The notes: generated by a model not told the origin, from the sequence alone. DNA of 64,000 nucleotides from an uncultured Chromatiales bacterium (GCA_964581365.1 CAZOOF010000001.1:119962-183961); one strand, 5' to 3'; positions 40,431 to 53,522 are shown, counted from the first letter of the stretch. Translations and numbers: made by a program.

Positions 40431-42532
40431 CGCCCCCGCGGATCGCCGGGGCCGGAGAGGCAGGAGAGATCTGCGACCTGGAGAAACAGACGCTGCAGTT
40501 CGCGCAACAGCACCAGACGATTGCCACGCGCCGCCGGGTCATCGCACATCACCAGCACGCTATCGAAGAAGCCATCGACTGCAGGGCGCAGGCCGGCCAG
40601 ACGCCGCAGCACGGCGGTGTACTCACCCCGCTCGGTCAGTGGCGCGAGCTCGGTCCCCAGCGCCCGCACTTCCTCACCGAGCTTGCGCTCGGCGGGCTCA
40701 TGGAGCAGCGCATCATCCAGACGATCGGGAAGCGCCTCATCGGTCTTGCGCAGAATGTTACCGATGCGCTTGTTCGCCGCCGCCAGGCTGGCAGACTCCG
40801 GCAGCTGTCTGAAATCCTGCACCGCGCGAATGCGGGCGTCGAAATCGAGCGGACGACCGGGACGGCGCGAAAATACAGCTTCGAACACATCGGCAGGAAT
40901 ACCCGTGTCCTGGTAATAGGCGCGCAGGCGATCCATCACAAACTCGTAGACCTGCTCGCCGAGCTCCCGCGCGGCAATATGCACCTGCTGCGCACGATAC
41001 GTCGCACACGATTCGGCGATCAGCGCGGGCAGATCCAGATTCAGCTCGCCCTCGATCATGATGCGCACGAGCCCCAGCGCAGCGCGGCGCAATGCGAAGG
41101 GATCCCGATCGCCCGTGGGCGCCTGACCCAGGCTGAAAATGCCGACGATGGTATCGAGCTTGTCGGCGATGGCCAGCGCCTTGCCGGTTGCCGTCCACGG
41201 CAGGGCATCGCCGGCACCACGCGGCTGGTACTGCTCGGCAATCGCTTCGGCCACCTCCACCGGCTCGCCGTCATGGCGGGCGTAGTATCGGCCCATGATT
41301 CCCTGCAGTTCGGGAAACTCACCGACCATATCGCTGACCAGATCGCATTTGGACAGCCAGGCCGCGCGCTCGGCCCAGACCGGACTGCCACCGATTTCCC
41401 CGGCAATCCGGTGCGCCAGGCCGGCGAGGCGGACGCATTTGTCGTAGATCGTCCCCAGCCCGCGCTGGAATACGACCTGTTTCAGCGCCGGCATTCGATC
41501 AGCCAGCGGCTTGCGACGATCCTGATCCCAGAAGAACATGGCATCGCTGAGACGCGGCCGGATCACCCGTTCGTTACCGGCCCGCACCGCATCCGGATCA
41601 CGGCTCTCGATATTGCTGACCGTGACGAACGCGGCCATCAGCCGGCCCTCGTCGTCGCGGAGGTGAAAGTACTTCTGATGACCTTTCATGACCGAGACCA
41701 GCACCTCTTCCGGCACTTCGAGAAAGCGCTCCTCGAAACTGCCGGTGATGGCGCACGGCCATTCGACCATGGCGGTAACCTCGTCGAGCAGCGCCGGATC
41801 GATTTCCGCGCGGGCGCCGAGACGCTGGGCCGCTTCGGTGACCTGGGCACGCACTGCCTCCCGGCGCTGGGCAAAATCGACCAGGACGCGCCCCTGAGTG
41901 GAAAGCAGCGGCGCATAGGCCGAAGCCGAGGCCAGCGTGAGCTCTTCCGGATGATGAAAGCGATGACCGCGACTTTCCCGACCGGATGCCTTGCCGAACA
42001 GAGTGGCAGGCACCACGTCCCCATCATATAGCATGACCACCCAGTGCACCGGCCGCACGAAGGCCTCTTCGAGCGCGCCCCAGCGCATGCGCCTGGCAAT
42101 CGGCAAGGCAGCGAGCGCCGCGGCCACCACTCCCGGCAGCAGCTCCACGGCGGACTTGCCTTGCTGTTCGGCGCGATGCACGAGCCAGGCACCCTTGTCC
42201 GTCCGCAGCGTTTCGAGCGCACTCACTTCGGTCCCGCAGGATCGGGCGAATCCCAGCGCTGCCGGTGTGGGGACCCCCTGCGCATCGAATGCTGCGGCCA
42301 GCGCCGGGCCGCGGCGCTCCTCGACGGTATCGGGCTGCATCGCGGCCAGGCGCTCAACCACTACCGCCAGACGGCGGGGTGCCGCATAGACCTGATAGCG
42401 GTCGAACTCCAATCGCGCCTTCTCGAGCTCGCGCGCCAGTCCTTTACCCAGCGCTTCGGACAGGCTGCGCAGAGATTTCGGCGGCAGTTCCTCGGTGCCG
42501 AGCTCGAAGAGGAAATCATGGCGATCGATCAT
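40427..42532 (-). CDS. glyS: Glycine--tRNA ligase beta subunit
   Basis: [30 protein letters not shown]. Confidence 0.97.
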   Translation of the reverse strand: MIDRHDFLFELGTEELPPKSLRSLSEALGKGLARELEKARLEFDRYQVYAAPRRLAVVVERLAAMQPDTVEERRGPALAAAFDAQGVPTPAALGFARSCGTEVSALETLRTDKGAWLVHRAEQQGKSAVELLPGVVAAALAALPIARRMRWGALEEAFVRPVHWVVMLYDGDVVPATLFGKASGRESRGHRFHHPEELTLASASAYAPLLSTQGRVLVDFAQRREAVRAQVTEAAQRLGARAEIDPALLDEVTAMVEWPCAITGSFEERFLEVPEEVLVSVMKGHQKYFHLRDDEGRLMAAFVTVSNIESRDPDAVRAGNERVIRPRLSDAMFFWDQDRRKPLADRMPALKQVVFQRGLGTIYDKCVRLAGLAHRIAGEIGGSPVWAERAAWLSKCDLVSDMVGEFPELQGIMGRYYARHDGEPVEVAEAIAEQYQPRGAGDALPWTATGKALAIADKLDTIVGIFSLGQAPTGDRDPFALRRAALGLVRIMIEGELNLDLPALIAESCATYRAQQVHIAARELGEQVYEFVMDRLRAYYQDTGIPADVFEAVFSRRPGRPLDFDARIRAVQDFRQLPESASLAAANKRIGNILRKTDEALPDRLDDALLHEPAERKLGEEVRALGTELAPLTERGEYTAVLRRLAGLRPAVDGFFDSVLVMCDDPAARGNRLVLLRELQRLFLQVADLSCLSGPGDPRGR

Positions 42533-43512
42533 CGTTGGGCGCCTCTGTCGCCGAGCATGGGGAAGCCCAGCGATTCCCTGCGCTCGAGATAGCTGCGCGC
42601 GACCGCCTCGGACAGGGCGCGGATGCGGCCGATATAACGAGCGCGCTCGGTGACGCTGATAGCGTGGCGCGCATCCAGCAGATTAAAGGTATGCGAGCAC
42701 TTGAGCATCATTTCGTACGCCGGCAGCGGCAGACCTGCATCGATCAGCCGGCTGCTTTCCCGCTCCAGGGACTCGAAGGAAGCAAACAGGGCATCGACAT
42801 CTGCCTGCTCGAAATTGTATGCCGACATTTCGACTTCGTTCTGATGAAAAACGTCGCCATAGGTGATCTTCCCCGCCGGCCCCTCGCGCGTCCACACCAG
42901 ATCGTACACACTCTCCACGCCCTGCAGGTACATCGCGATCCGCTCCAGCCCATAGGTGATCTCTCCGGTCACGGGGCGGCAGTCGAGACCGCCTACCTGC
43001 TGGAAATAGGTGAACTGGGTTACCTCCATCCCGTTCAGCCACACTTCCCAGCCCAGACCCCAGGCGCCAAGCGTAGGAGATTCCCAGTTGTCCTCGACAA
43101 AGCGGATGTCGTGCACCAGCGGATCGATGCCTAGCCGGTACAGGGAACCGAGATACAGCTCCTGGATATCCACTGGCGAAGGTTTGATCATCACCTGCAG
43201 CTGATAGTAATGCTGCAAACGGTTCGGATTGGCGCCGTAGCGGCCGTCGGTGGGACGGCGGGATGGCTGCACGTAGACCGCCGCCCAGGGCTCAGGTCCG
43301 ATGGCGCGCAGGAAAGTCGCGGGATGAAAGGTGCCGGCGCCGACCTCCATATCGTACGGCTGCAGCATGATGCAGCCCTGCTCGATCCAGTACTGCTGCA
43401 GCGCGAGGATCAATCCCTGGAACGTGGAGACATCAGCTGCGGCTGCCTTGATGTTGGGACTGGACAGGATTCCTCCGCGACGATTCGGCTGGTTTATGAG
43501 ACTCGGGATCAT
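42529..43512 (-). CDS. glyQ: Glycine--tRNA ligase alpha subunit
   Basis: [33 protein letters not shown]; true start may be further downstream. Confidence 0.97.
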   Translation of the reverse strand: MIPSLINQPNRRGGILSSPNIKAAAADVSTFQGLILALQQYWIEQGCIMLQPYDMEVGAGTFHPATFLRAIGPEPWAAVYVQPSRRPTDGRYGANPNRLQHYYQLQVMIKPSPVDIQELYLGSLYRLGIDPLVHDIRFVEDNWESPTLGAWGLGWEVWLNGMEVTQFTYFQQVGGLDCRPVTGEITYGLERIAMYLQGVESVYDLVWTREGPAGKITYGDVFHQNEVEMSAYNFEQADVDALFASFESLERESSRLIDAGLPLPAYEMMLKCSHTFNLLDARHAISVTERARYIGRIRALSEAVARSYLERRESLGFPMLGDRGAQR

Positions 43513-43648
43513 ATCAACTGCATAAAACGCGCCGCAAGCTCACAGGGAAGCCGCGAAGCCCGACCGCCTCTCTTTGCTCCAGCGCGGGAGCCGGCCGATG
43601 CTGCGGCGACACACTAAGGGCGGGCGTCACCCTGCCGATGTAATCCGC

Positions 43649-44224
43649 ATGACATTGCAGCTCACATCCGACCCTGCCTCCGAGATTCAGTGGCGCCTGT
43701 TGCTTGGCGAGGCCGAAGCCCTCACCGGGATCGTCCTCGACCGTGAAACCGGAGACTACCTGATCCAGTTGCTGATCCGCACCGCGACACAGCCGCGGCT
43801 GCTGGCCGGCCTGCTGACACTCGACCGGCTGACAGAGCAGGCTGCCGGGAGTTCCCGTCTCGCGCACCTCCGGGACATCGGCGACCAGTGCCTCCTGTTT
43901 GCCGGTCTGTTTCCGCAACAGGCAGCCGAGCGCAATGTCCGCGTGAGCCATTTCATCAGCCTCGGACGCACGGCTTACCGTCAGGCGGACGAACTGATCG
44001 AGGCCCCCTCGGTGTTTGCTCGCCTGTGCGATGGCTTTCCGGGGCTGCTCGAGCTGCTGCATGCGATGCGTGAGCTCAGCATCGGAGGCGTGGACCTGTC
44101 GCCCCTGCATGCCTTCGAGCTGTGGGACGACACCGGCAGCGACCGGGCGCTGCATCATATCCGCTCCTTCACCAGCGCCATTCCCGTGCGCTCACCCCAC
44201 GGGGACAACCTCCTTCCCATGTAG
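43649..44224 (+). CDS. Hypothetical helical protein
   Basis: Protein-like ORF (LRDIGDQCLLFAGLFP) filling the gap before the tRNA-thiolase-like gene. Confidence 0.65.
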   Translation: MTLQLTSDPASEIQWRLLLGEAEALTGIVLDRETGDYLIQLLIRTATQPRLLAGLLTLDRLTEQAAGSSRLAHLRDIGDQCLLFAGLFPQQAAERNVRVSHFISLGRTAYRQADELIEAPSVFARLCDGFPGLLELLHAMRELSIGGVDLSPLHAFELWDDTGSDRALHHIRSFTSAIPVRSPHGDNLLPM

Positions 44225-44305
44225 GTAGCGCCGCTCGCCCGCATTCCGGCATCGGCGGCAATTTGCTATCATTCCTGATTTTCCCCAGACAGGAACGCCT
44301 TGACT

Positions 44306-45361
44306 ATGGCGACCTCGCGCAAGGCCGTTGCCCTGATCTCGGGCGGACTGGATTCGATGCTGGCCGCCCGCGTGATTCAGGATCACGGCATACACGTCGA
44401 AGGCATCAATTTCTTCACCGGTTTCTGCGTGGAAGGGCATACCCATGCCATTCGCCGCAAGGACCTCGACCGCGCGCGCCCCAAGCGCAACAACGCGCTG
44501 TGGGTTGCTGAGCAGCTCGGCATCAAGCTGCACATCGTCGATGTGATCGAAGAATACAAGGACGTCGTGCTCAATCCGAAGCACGGCTACGGCTCCAACA
44601 TGAACCCATGCCTCGACTGCAAGGGGTTCATGGTGCGCAAGGCGCGCGAGTGGATGGAAGAGAACGGCTTCGACTTCATCATCACCGGCGAAGTTCTCGG
44701 ACAGCGACCGATGTCTCAGCGCCGCGATACCTTCCCGGTGGTTGCGCGCGAATCCGGGGCCAACGATCGGCTGCTGCGCCCCTTGTCGGCAAAGCTGCTG
44801 CCGCCCTCGCTCCCGGAGCGCGAAGGCTGGGTGGATCGCGAGCGTCTGTATGATTTCAACGGCCGCAATCGCAAGCCGCAGATGGCGCTGGCAGCCCAGT
44901 ATGGGCTGCACGAATACGCCCAGCCCGCCGGCGGCTGCTGCTTCCTCACCAACGAGCAGTATTCGGCGAAGATCGCTGATCTGTGGCAGGCGCGCGGAGT
45001 CCGCGATTATGACTTCGACGACATCATGCTGCTCAAGGTCGGACGGCACCTGCGTCCTCGCGCGCACTTCAAGCTCATCGTGGGGCGCGAGGAAGGCGAG
45101 AACAAATTCCTCGAAGGTTACAAGCGGCGCCACTTCTCGCTGCGCGCGGTCAGCCACACCGGACCGCTGGCACTGGTGGATGGAACCCTGACCGACGAAG
45201 CGGACATGCGCCTGGCCGCCGAGCTCGTTGCCCGCTTCGGGAAAGGGCGCGACGCCGAAACAGTACAGGTGGAAATCCGCGCGCCCGAAGGCGAGACCAC
45301 GCTGATGGACGTCCACCCCCTGCCGCAATCCTCCATCCCCGCCGAGTGGTACCTGGGATGA
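44306..45361 (+). CDS. PP-loop tRNA sulfurtransferase-like protein (ThiI/MnmA superfamily)
   Basis: SGGLDS PP-loop, NPCLDCK, TGEVLGQRPMSQ, GGCC, GRH.R C-terminal domain. Confidence 0.8.
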   Translation: MATSRKAVALISGGLDSMLAARVIQDHGIHVEGINFFTGFCVEGHTHAIRRKDLDRARPKRNNALWVAEQLGIKLHIVDVIEEYKDVVLNPKHGYGSNMNPCLDCKGFMVRKAREWMEENGFDFIITGEVLGQRPMSQRRDTFPVVARESGANDRLLRPLSAKLLPPSLPEREGWVDRERLYDFNGRNRKPQMALAAQYGLHEYAQPAGGCCFLTNEQYSAKIADLWQARGVRDYDFDDIMLLKVGRHLRPRAHFKLIVGREEGENKFLEGYKRRHFSLRAVSHTGPLALVDGTLTDEADMRLAAELVARFGKGRDAETVQVEIRAPEGETTLMDVHPLPQSSIPAEWYLG

Positions 45362-45588
45362 GCACCGAGATCCTCGATGTCCGCAACATGCTGTGCCCGA
45401 TGCCGGTGATCCGCACCCAGTCCGCCGTGGCGCGGCTGAAGCACGGCGATCGCCTGCTGGCGCTGTGCACCGATCCGGGCGCGCTGAACGACATACCGGC
45501 CTGGTGCCGCATCCATGGGCACCGCCTCATACGGGCGGAACGCCGGGGCGACGAGATAGAAATCGAACTCGAAGTGTGCAAGGCCTGA
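45358..45588 (+). CDS. tusA: TusA family sulfur carrier
   Basis: LDVRNMLCPMPV, TDPGA, DIPAWC; ATGA overlap with the upstream gene. Confidence 0.88.
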   Translation: MSTEILDVRNMLCPMPVIRTQSAVARLKHGDRLLALCTDPGALNDIPAWCRIHGHRLIRAERRGDEIEIELEVCKA

Positions 45589-45594
45589 GCAATT

Positions 45595-45632
45595 TGCACC
45601 GTAGCGGTGCACACCCGCACCATTACAGTGCG
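45595..45632. promoter_or_regulatory. Tandem NtrC binding sites
   Basis: TGCACC-N5-GGTGCA (45595-45611) and CGCACC-N5-AGTGCG (45616-45632) upstream of glnA. Confidence 0.85.
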
Positions 45633-45693
45633 CGCGTGCGCTCACCAGGCCAAATGAGAAGCGCAAGCCACTGTTACATCAATAAGAAACCCA

Positions 45694-45709
45694 TGGCACG
45701 CTTCCTGCT
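45694..45709 (+). promoter_or_regulatory. Sigma54 -24/-12 promoter of glnA
   Basis: TGGCAC-N5-CTGCT. Confidence 0.85.
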
Positions 45710-45763
45710 TCACGCCGATCAGGAGTTCCACGTCATGCCCATCCACCCAGAGGACAGCAAGCA

Positions 45764-47170
45764 ATGAGTCAGAAGGTCATGAAGATGTTGAAGGACAACG
45801 AAGTGAAGTTCGTTGACCTCCGCTTTACCGATTTCCGCGGCAAGGAGCAGCACCTCTCGCTGCCGGTCGGCCAGGTCGATGCCTCCATGTTCAAGGAAGG
45901 CAAGATGTTCGACGGCTCGAGCATCGCTGGCTGGAAGGGCATTCAGGAGTCGGACATGGTGCTCATGCCCGACGCCGAGACGGCGGTTCTCGATCCTTTC
46001 ACCGACGAGCCGACCCTGATCATGACCTGCGACATTCTCGAACCCAACACCATGCAGGGTTACGAGCGTTGCCCGCGCACCATCGCCAAGCGGGCCGAGA
46101 CCTATCTGAAGTCCACCAAGATCGCCGATTCGGCGCTGTTCGGGCCGGAGCCGGAATTTTTCATCTTCGACGACGTCCGCTGGGGCGCGCACATGGGCGG
46201 CGCCTTCTACAAGATCGACTCCGATGAGGCATCGTGGAACTCCGAGCGAGTCTTCGAAGAAGGCAACATCGGCCATCGCCCCTCGGTCAAGGGCGGTTAC
46301 TTCCCGGTGCCGCCGGTCGATTCGCTGCATGATCTGCGCGCAGCGATGTGTCTGGCGCTGCAGGAGATGGGGCTAGAGGTCGAAGTGCACCATCATGAAG
46401 TCGCGACCGCCGGCCAGTGCGAAATCGGCACCCGCTTCAACACGCTGACCAGGCGCGCGGACCAGAATCAGATCCTGAAGTACGTGGTCATGAACGTTGC
46501 CCATGCCTACGGCAAGACCGCCACCTTCATGCCCAAGCCGCTGGTCGGCGACAATGGCAGCGGCATGCACGTGCATCAGTCGCTCGGCAAGGGCGGGAAG
46601 AATCTGTTCACCGGCAACAAGTACGGCGGACTGTCCGAGCTGGCGCTGTACTACATCGGCGGCATCCTGAAGCATGCGCGCGCGCTCAACGCGTTCACCA
46701 ATGCAAGCACGAACAGCTACAAGCGCCTGGTCCCCGGCTTCGAGGCACCGGTACTGCTGGCCTACTCCGCCCGCAATCGCTCGGCTTCGATCCGCATTCC
46801 CTATGTGGCGAACCCGAACGCGAGGCGCATCGAAGTCCGGTTCCCGGATTCCACCGGCAATCCGTATCTGTCCTTCGCCGCCATGCTCATGGCCGGTCTC
46901 GATGGCATCCGGAACAAGATCCATCCGGGCGATGCCATGGACAAGAACCTGTACGATCTGCCACCGGAAGAGCTCAAGGACATTCCGACGGTCTGCCACG
47001 CGCTGGACATGGCTCTCGACGCCCTCGACCAGGATCGCGAATTCCTCAAGGCCGGCGGCGTGTTCACGGACGATGTCATCGATGCCTACATCGAGCTGAA
47101 AATGGCCGATGTCACGCGCATCCGCATGACCACGCATCCGGTGGAATTCGATATGTACTACAGCCTGTAA
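45764..47170 (+). CDS. glnA: Glutamine synthetase type I
   Basis: [40 protein letters not shown] adenylylation site. Confidence 0.98.
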   Translation: MSQKVMKMLKDNEVKFVDLRFTDFRGKEQHLSLPVGQVDASMFKEGKMFDGSSIAGWKGIQESDMVLMPDAETAVLDPFTDEPTLIMTCDILEPNTMQGYERCPRTIAKRAETYLKSTKIADSALFGPEPEFFIFDDVRWGAHMGGAFYKIDSDEASWNSERVFEEGNIGHRPSVKGGYFPVPPVDSLHDLRAAMCLALQEMGLEVEVHHHEVATAGQCEIGTRFNTLTRRADQNQILKYVVMNVAHAYGKTATFMPKPLVGDNGSGMHVHQSLGKGGKNLFTGNKYGGLSELALYYIGGILKHARALNAFTNASTNSYKRLVPGFEAPVLLAYSARNRSASIRIPYVANPNARRIEVRFPDSTGNPYLSFAAMLMAGLDGIRNKIHPGDAMDKNLYDLPPEELKDIPTVCHALDMALDALDQDREFLKAGGVFTDDVIDAYIELKMADVTRIRMTTHPVEFDMYYSL

Positions 47171-47195
47171 AAAAACGCTGTCCAGGCTGGACGGA

Positions 47196-47227
47196 CCCCG
47201 CATCCTGACGGATGCGGGTTTTTTTTT
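47196..47227 (+). terminator. Intrinsic terminator after glnA
   Basis: CCCGCATCC-TGAC-GGATGCGGG followed by T9. Confidence 0.9.
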
Positions 47228-47332
47228 GCCTTTTGACCGCCCACGGATCGGCCGACAGCAAAATCCGCGCTCTGGGTCCGCTTTCAGGCGCGCCGTTTTG
47301 ACATCCGCCGGCAAAGCCGGTAAATATGCCGC

Positions 47333-47884
47333 GTGACCCTGCCCGTAAAACATTTTCTGCCGCTGTGCCTCGCCGCCATCCTGTCGGCGCCCGCGCTGTC
47401 CGCGGCAGCGACGATCTACAAGCGCGAACTGCCTGATGGCACAGTGATTTATTCGGATCAGCCGCATCCGGGCGCCCATATTCTCAGCCCCTCGGCTCCG
47501 CAGACGGTCGACCCCTACAGACCGCCTCCGCAGACGCCCCGCACTTCCGGCCGCGCGCAATCGACACCGGCCGCCGTCACCTATCAGCGCGTCGCCATAA
47601 CCTCTCCGGCCGATGACGAATCGGTATGGAATGACGATCGCCTGTTGCAGGTTTCCGTGGCGGTAGAGCCAGCATTGCAGCGAGAGCACCGGATCGCGGT
47701 GCTGCTCGATGGCGAGCGCGTTGCCGAGACCGACAGCCCGGGTATGCTGCGCCTGCAGAATGTCTATCGGGGCAGCCATTCGCTCGAAGCCGTGGTCGAA
47801 GACCGCTTCGGTCGGGTCATCGCCCGCAGCACCCCGATCACCTTCCACATGAAGCAGCATTCCCTCCTCAATCCGCTCCGCTGA
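47333..47884 (+). CDS. DUF4124-type secreted protein
   Basis: Signal peptide; IYK...DG.VIYSDQP; Ig-like C-terminus; lies between glnA and ntrB. Confidence 0.8.
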   Translation: MTLPVKHFLPLCLAAILSAPALSAAATIYKRELPDGTVIYSDQPHPGAHILSPSAPQTVDPYRPPPQTPRTSGRAQSTPAAVTYQRVAITSPADDESVWNDDRLLQVSVAVEPALQREHRIAVLLDGERVAETDSPGMLRLQNVYRGSHSLEAVVEDRFGRVIARSTPITFHMKQHSLLNPLR

Positions 47885-47890
47885 CAGGCA

Positions 47891-47907
47891 CGCACCAGAT
47901 TGGTGCA
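47891..47907. promoter_or_regulatory. NtrC binding site upstream of ntrB
   Basis: CGCACC-N5-GGTGCA. Confidence 0.75.
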
Positions 47908-48063
47908 TAATCACGAGCATCAGTGGGCACCGAAACAGCCCAAGCCGGGCCGACACCCTCTGAATGCACTCGAGCGCCACCCCAATAGATTGATTATTAT
48001 CGTGTTATTCATGAATCTACCGGCGCGCGCAGCATCTGGTTCAAATCTTGCTCCAGCTGGAAC

Positions 48064-49126
48064 ATGCAGACCGCTGACATGAATGAGCGCAACCTCTATC
48101 GCCGGATCCTGGAAAACGTCAACACGGCAGTGTTGATGTTCGATCGGAAGCTGCGCATCAGCTATATCAATCCGGCGGGAGAGGTGCTGTTCGGGGTGAG
48201 CGCTCGCCATGTCGCCGGCCAACCCTTCGGCGATCTTCTGGAAGTCGAATCCGGCGTGGTTCAGTCGCTATCCCAGGCCCTGGGGACCGGGCATCCCTAT
48301 ACCGAACGCGAGGTCCTCCTGCGACTTGCAAACGGACGGGAGGTCACGGTGGATCTGACGGTTACCCTGCTGTATGAAAACTCGGAGGCGCTGCTCGAGC
48401 TCCTGCCCGTCGATCGCCACCTGCGCATAGCGCGCGAAGAGAGCCTCATTGCCCAGCATCACAACACCCGGCTGCTGATGCGCGGAATGGCTCACGAGAT
48501 CAACAACCCCCTGGGTGGCATTCGCGGCGCCGCGCAGTTGCTGGATGGCGAATTGCCCGATGAATCGCTGCGCGAGTATACCCGCGTCATCATCGGCGAA
48601 GCCGACCGTCTGCAATCCCTGCTCTCGCGCATGCTGGGACCCACCGCACCGCCCGCACGGCGCACATTGAACATCCACGAAGTAGTCGAGCGGGTGCGAA
48701 CGCTGATCCAGGCAGAGGCGCCCCGCAATGTTGCCATCGTGCGCGACTATGATCCGAGCATACCTCCGATCCACGCCGACCCGGACCAGCTGATTCAGGC
48801 GCTGCTCAACATCACCCGCAACGCGCTTCAGGCAATCGACGGCGCGGGAACGATCACCCTGCGCACACGGGTTCAGCGCCGCTTTACCATCGGCACCCGG
48901 CTTCACCGCCTCGTCGTGACCCTCTATGTCATCGATGACGGCCCGGGAGTGCCGCCTGACATGCGCGAGAACATTTTCTATCCGATGATCACCAGCCGGG
49001 CCGAAGGAACAGGCCTGGGCCTGCCCATAGCCCAGTCGATCGTGAACCAGCATGGCGGTCTGATCGAATGCAGCAGCCGGCCCGGAGAAACGATTTTCTC
49101 TATCACTCTCCCCCTCGAGGACGACC

Positions 49127-49140
<14 letters not shown>
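48064..49140 (+). CDS. glnL: Nitrogen regulation sensor kinase NtrB
   Basis: PAS domain, AHEINNPLGGIRGAAQLL, RDYDPSIP, DDGPG, GTGLGL. Confidence 0.96.
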
Positions 49141-50560
<1,420 letters not shown>

Positions 50561-50617
50561 GGCAAAGATCAGAGAGGGAAACGAGCGAAGAGCCAAGCTT
50601 CGAGCGAGCTCGAAGCG

Positions 50618-51598
50618 TCAGCACTTCCCCTTTCTATGAGGCTCATGCAGCTGCAGAGTTCCGGTGAGTTCGGAGACATTGCTCACGCCGTGACGACGCA
50701 TGTACTCCACCAATCCGGCATTGATCTTCGGCAGGATGAGCGGGTCGTAGAACAGTCCTGTACCGACCCCAATCGCGGCCGCACCAGCGATCAGGAACTC
50801 CAGCGCATCTTCGGCGGTGATCACTCCGCCCTGGCCGATGATCGGTATGCCATGCGCCCGACATACCTGATAGACCTGATGAACCTTCAGCACCGCAATC
50901 GGCTTGATGGCGGGTCCGGACAAACCGCCCTGATTGTTGCCGATCACCGGCGTCCGGCGCTCGATATCGATCTGCATGCCGCTCAGCGTGTTGATGACCG
51001 CGAACGCATCGGTGCCGGCTTCGATGCAGCGCCGCGCATTTTCGGCAATATCGGTCTGATTGGGCGACAGCTTGGTGATCAGCGGCTTGCGGGTCGCCGC
51101 CCGGCAGGCGGCGACCACCCGGGCCGACATGTCGGGATCATTGCCGAACTGGACTCCGCCCTCCTTCACATTCGGACATGAGATGTTGATCTCGATGGCG
51201 TCTATCGGTGAGTCATCGAAGATCCGAGTGACCTCGGCGTACTCCTCGACGGTCGAGCCCGACACGTTGGCGATGAAACGGGTTTCGGAGAAATCCAGCG
51301 CCGGTAGAATGTGATCGACCACGTGACGCGCGCCTGGATTCTGCAGCCCGATCGCGTTGAGCATGCCTGAAGCGGTCTCGGCGAGACGGTGCGGTGGATT
51401 GCCGAGCCGTGGCTCGAGCGTGGTGCCTTTCAGACAGATGGCGCCCGCGTCGGCGTTGGAAAAGCCGGCAATACGGGTATACTCCTCACCGAACCCGACA
51501 CACCCGGAGAGAAGGACGAGCGGAGTTTGCAGATGCAGCCCGCAGAAATCGACAGCGAGCATCTTTCGCTCTTCGGCAGAAAGCGAAGTCCCGCTCAT
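50618..51598 (-). CDS. pyrD: Dihydroorotate dehydrogenase, class 1 (1B-like) catalytic subunit
   Basis: MLNAIGLQNPG, EINISCPNV, KLSPN, INT, GGLSGPAIKP. Confidence 0.9.
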   Translation of the reverse strand: MSGTSLSAEERKMLAVDFCGLHLQTPLVLLSGCVGFGEEYTRIAGFSNADAGAICLKGTTLEPRLGNPPHRLAETASGMLNAIGLQNPGARHVVDHILPALDFSETRFIANVSGSTVEEYAEVTRIFDDSPIDAIEINISCPNVKEGGVQFGNDPDMSARVVAACRAATRKPLITKLSPNQTDIAENARRCIEAGTDAFAVINTLSGMQIDIERRTPVIGNNQGGLSGPAIKPIAVLKVHQVYQVCRAHGIPIIGQGGVITAEDALEFLIAGAAAIGVGTGLFYDPLILPKINAGLVEYMRRHGVSNVSELTGTLQLHEPHRKGKC

Positions 51599-51639
51599 CG
51601 CGCCGCTCCGCAAGTCGATGCCATTATGGCTCCGCGCCC

Positions 51640-52113
51640 ATGTTTCACGTCATACTCCTGAATCCCGAAATACCGGCGAATACCGGCAACATTATACGCC
51701 TGTGCGCCAACACCGGCAGTGAGCTGCATCTGATCCGGCCGCTGGGCTTCGAAATGGACGATGCGAGACTGCGCCGGGCAGGACTCGACTATCATGAGTA
51801 TGCGCGCGTGCGGGTCCATGACGATCTCGATTCCTGTCTGCGTGCCGCCGCGCCGCCGCGCCTGTTCGCATGCTCCACGCGCGGCACGTCGATCCACACC
51901 GCCGCATCCTGCCGCCCCGGCGATGCTTTTCTCTTCGGCCCGGAAACCAGGGGCCTGCCGCCGGAGATACTCGGCCGCATTCAGCCCGAACACATCCTGC
52001 GCATTCCCATGATGCCCGGCAACCGCAGCATCAATCTCTCCAACGCCGTAGCGGTAGTGATATACGAGGCCTGGCGTCAGCAGGAATTTGCCGGCAGCAG
52101 CGCCGCCGGTTGA
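51640..52113 (+). CDS. trmL: tRNA (cytidine/uridine-34-2'-O)-methyltransferase
   Basis: PEIPANTGNI, RRAGLDY, FGPETRGL, RSINLSNAV; start moved to ATG 51640. Confidence 0.94.
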   Translation: MFHVILLNPEIPANTGNIIRLCANTGSELHLIRPLGFEMDDARLRRAGLDYHEYARVRVHDDLDSCLRAAAPPRLFACSTRGTSIHTAASCRPGDAFLFGPETRGLPPEILGRIQPEHILRIPMMPGNRSINLSNAVAVVIYEAWRQQEFAGSSAAG

Positions 52114-52116
52114 ATC

Positions 52117-53370
52117 TCAGGGAAGCAGCTGTTCGCCGCGCCAGAGCCCGGCGATGCTTTCACGCTCCCTTACCAGGTAGACTTCGGAATCATCCACCAT
52201 GACTTCGGCGGCACGTGGACGTGAGTTGTAATTCGAGCTCATGACGAAGCCGTATGCCCCGGCCGAGAGCACCGCCAGGAGCTCATCCTCGCGCAGCGCC
52301 AGCTCTCGTTCCTTGCCGAGAAAGTCGCCGGTCTCACACACCGGACCCACCACATCCCAGCGCCTAAGCGGAGTCTCGCCGCATGGGCTGACAGCCACGA
52401 TGTCATGCCATGCCTGGTAGAGCGCGGGGCGCAGCAAATCATTCATGCCGGCGTCGACAATGGCGAAGCTGCGATCCTCCCCCGGCTTCAGGTACTCGAC
52501 GCGGGTCAGCAGGATGCCCGCGTTGGCGGCGATGGACCTTCCCGGCTCGAGCAGCAGCCGGCAGCTGCGCGTCCCCAGTCGCTCGCGCAGCGCGGCTGCG
52601 TACTCGGCCGGTTCCGGGGGCGTTTCATCCCGGTACCGCACACCGAGACCGCCGCCGATGTTCAGATGGGTGATCTCCACTCCGCTGGCCGCCAGGCGGT
52701 CGGCCAACACCAGAACCCGGTCGAGCGCATCGACAAACGGCTGCACCGAAACGAGCTGCGATCCGATATGGCAATCGAGCCCCAGCATCCGCACGTGCCC
52801 CATACCGGCCGCGCGCATGGCAAGGGCCTCGGCCTCGGCCACAGGAATACCGAACTTGTTTTCCTTCAGACCGGTCGAGATGTAGGGATGAGTACGTGCA
52901 TCGACATCCGGGTTTACCCGCAATGAAACCGGCGCCCGGCATCCAACCTGCGCGGCCACGCGATCGATCCGCTCGAGTTCGGCCGCCGACTCGACGTTGA
53001 AACAGGCGATCCCGACTTCCAGTGCACGGCGAATCTCGTCGGCGCTCTTGCCCACACCCGAGAAGACGATACGCGCGGCATCTCCCCCCGCCGCCAGCAC
53101 ACGCTCCAGTTCGCCGCCCGATACGATATCGAACCCGGCGCCGAGCCGGGCCAGGACGTTCAGCACGGCAAGGTTGGAGTTTGCCTTGACCGCATAGCAG
53201 ACCAGGTGATCCAGACCGGCAAAGGCGTCGTCGTAGGCGCGCCAGTGGCGCTCGAGAGCGCTGCGTGAATAGACGTAGCATGGTGTTCCGAAGCGGACCG
53301 CGATGTCGCGCAAATCGACATTCTCGGCATGCAAGGCATCACCCCGGAACGAGAATGGATTGCTCATCAT
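52117..53370 (-). CDS. lysA: Diaminopimelate decarboxylase
   Basis: YAVKANSN, HPYISTG, HIGSQ, EPGR, GPVCETGD, SNYN. Confidence 0.97.
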   Translation of the reverse strand: MMSNPFSFRGDALHAENVDLRDIAVRFGTPCYVYSRSALERHWRAYDDAFAGLDHLVCYAVKANSNLAVLNVLARLGAGFDIVSGGELERVLAAGGDAARIVFSGVGKSADEIRRALEVGIACFNVESAAELERIDRVAAQVGCRAPVSLRVNPDVDARTHPYISTGLKENKFGIPVAEAEALAMRAAGMGHVRMLGLDCHIGSQLVSVQPFVDALDRVLVLADRLAASGVEITHLNIGGGLGVRYRDETPPEPAEYAAALRERLGTRSCRLLLEPGRSIAANAGILLTRVEYLKPGEDRSFAIVDAGMNDLLRPALYQAWHDIVAVSPCGETPLRRWDVVGPVCETGDFLGKERELALREDELLAVLSAGAYGFVMSSNYNSRPRAAEVMVDDSEVYLVRERESIAGLWRGEQLLP

Positions 53371-53522
53371 CGACTCTCCTGCGAAACGGCGTCATCGGGC
53401 AGATACAGATCACCCTTCTGTCCGCAACCTGTGAGGGCAAAGCACACGAGAACCCCAAGCAGCAGGCTCGTAAAGAGTGAAGAAAGACGGTTCGGCATTC
53501 GGGAAGCGGGGCCCTGGCGCAT
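53367..53522 (-). CDS. lptM: Small lipoprotein LptM/YifL family
   Basis: LTGCGQKGDLYLP; overlaps the lysA start; start 53522 or 53498. Confidence 0.85.
   Translation of the reverse strand: MRQGPASRMPNRLSSLFTSLLLGVLVCFALTGCGQKGDLYLPDDAVSQESR

Noticed and set aside
43465-43478. Second possible CTG start, for glyQ, after GGAGGA
   Set aside because: SD spacing is only 3 nt and an in-frame ATG exists at 43512; too weak to claim.
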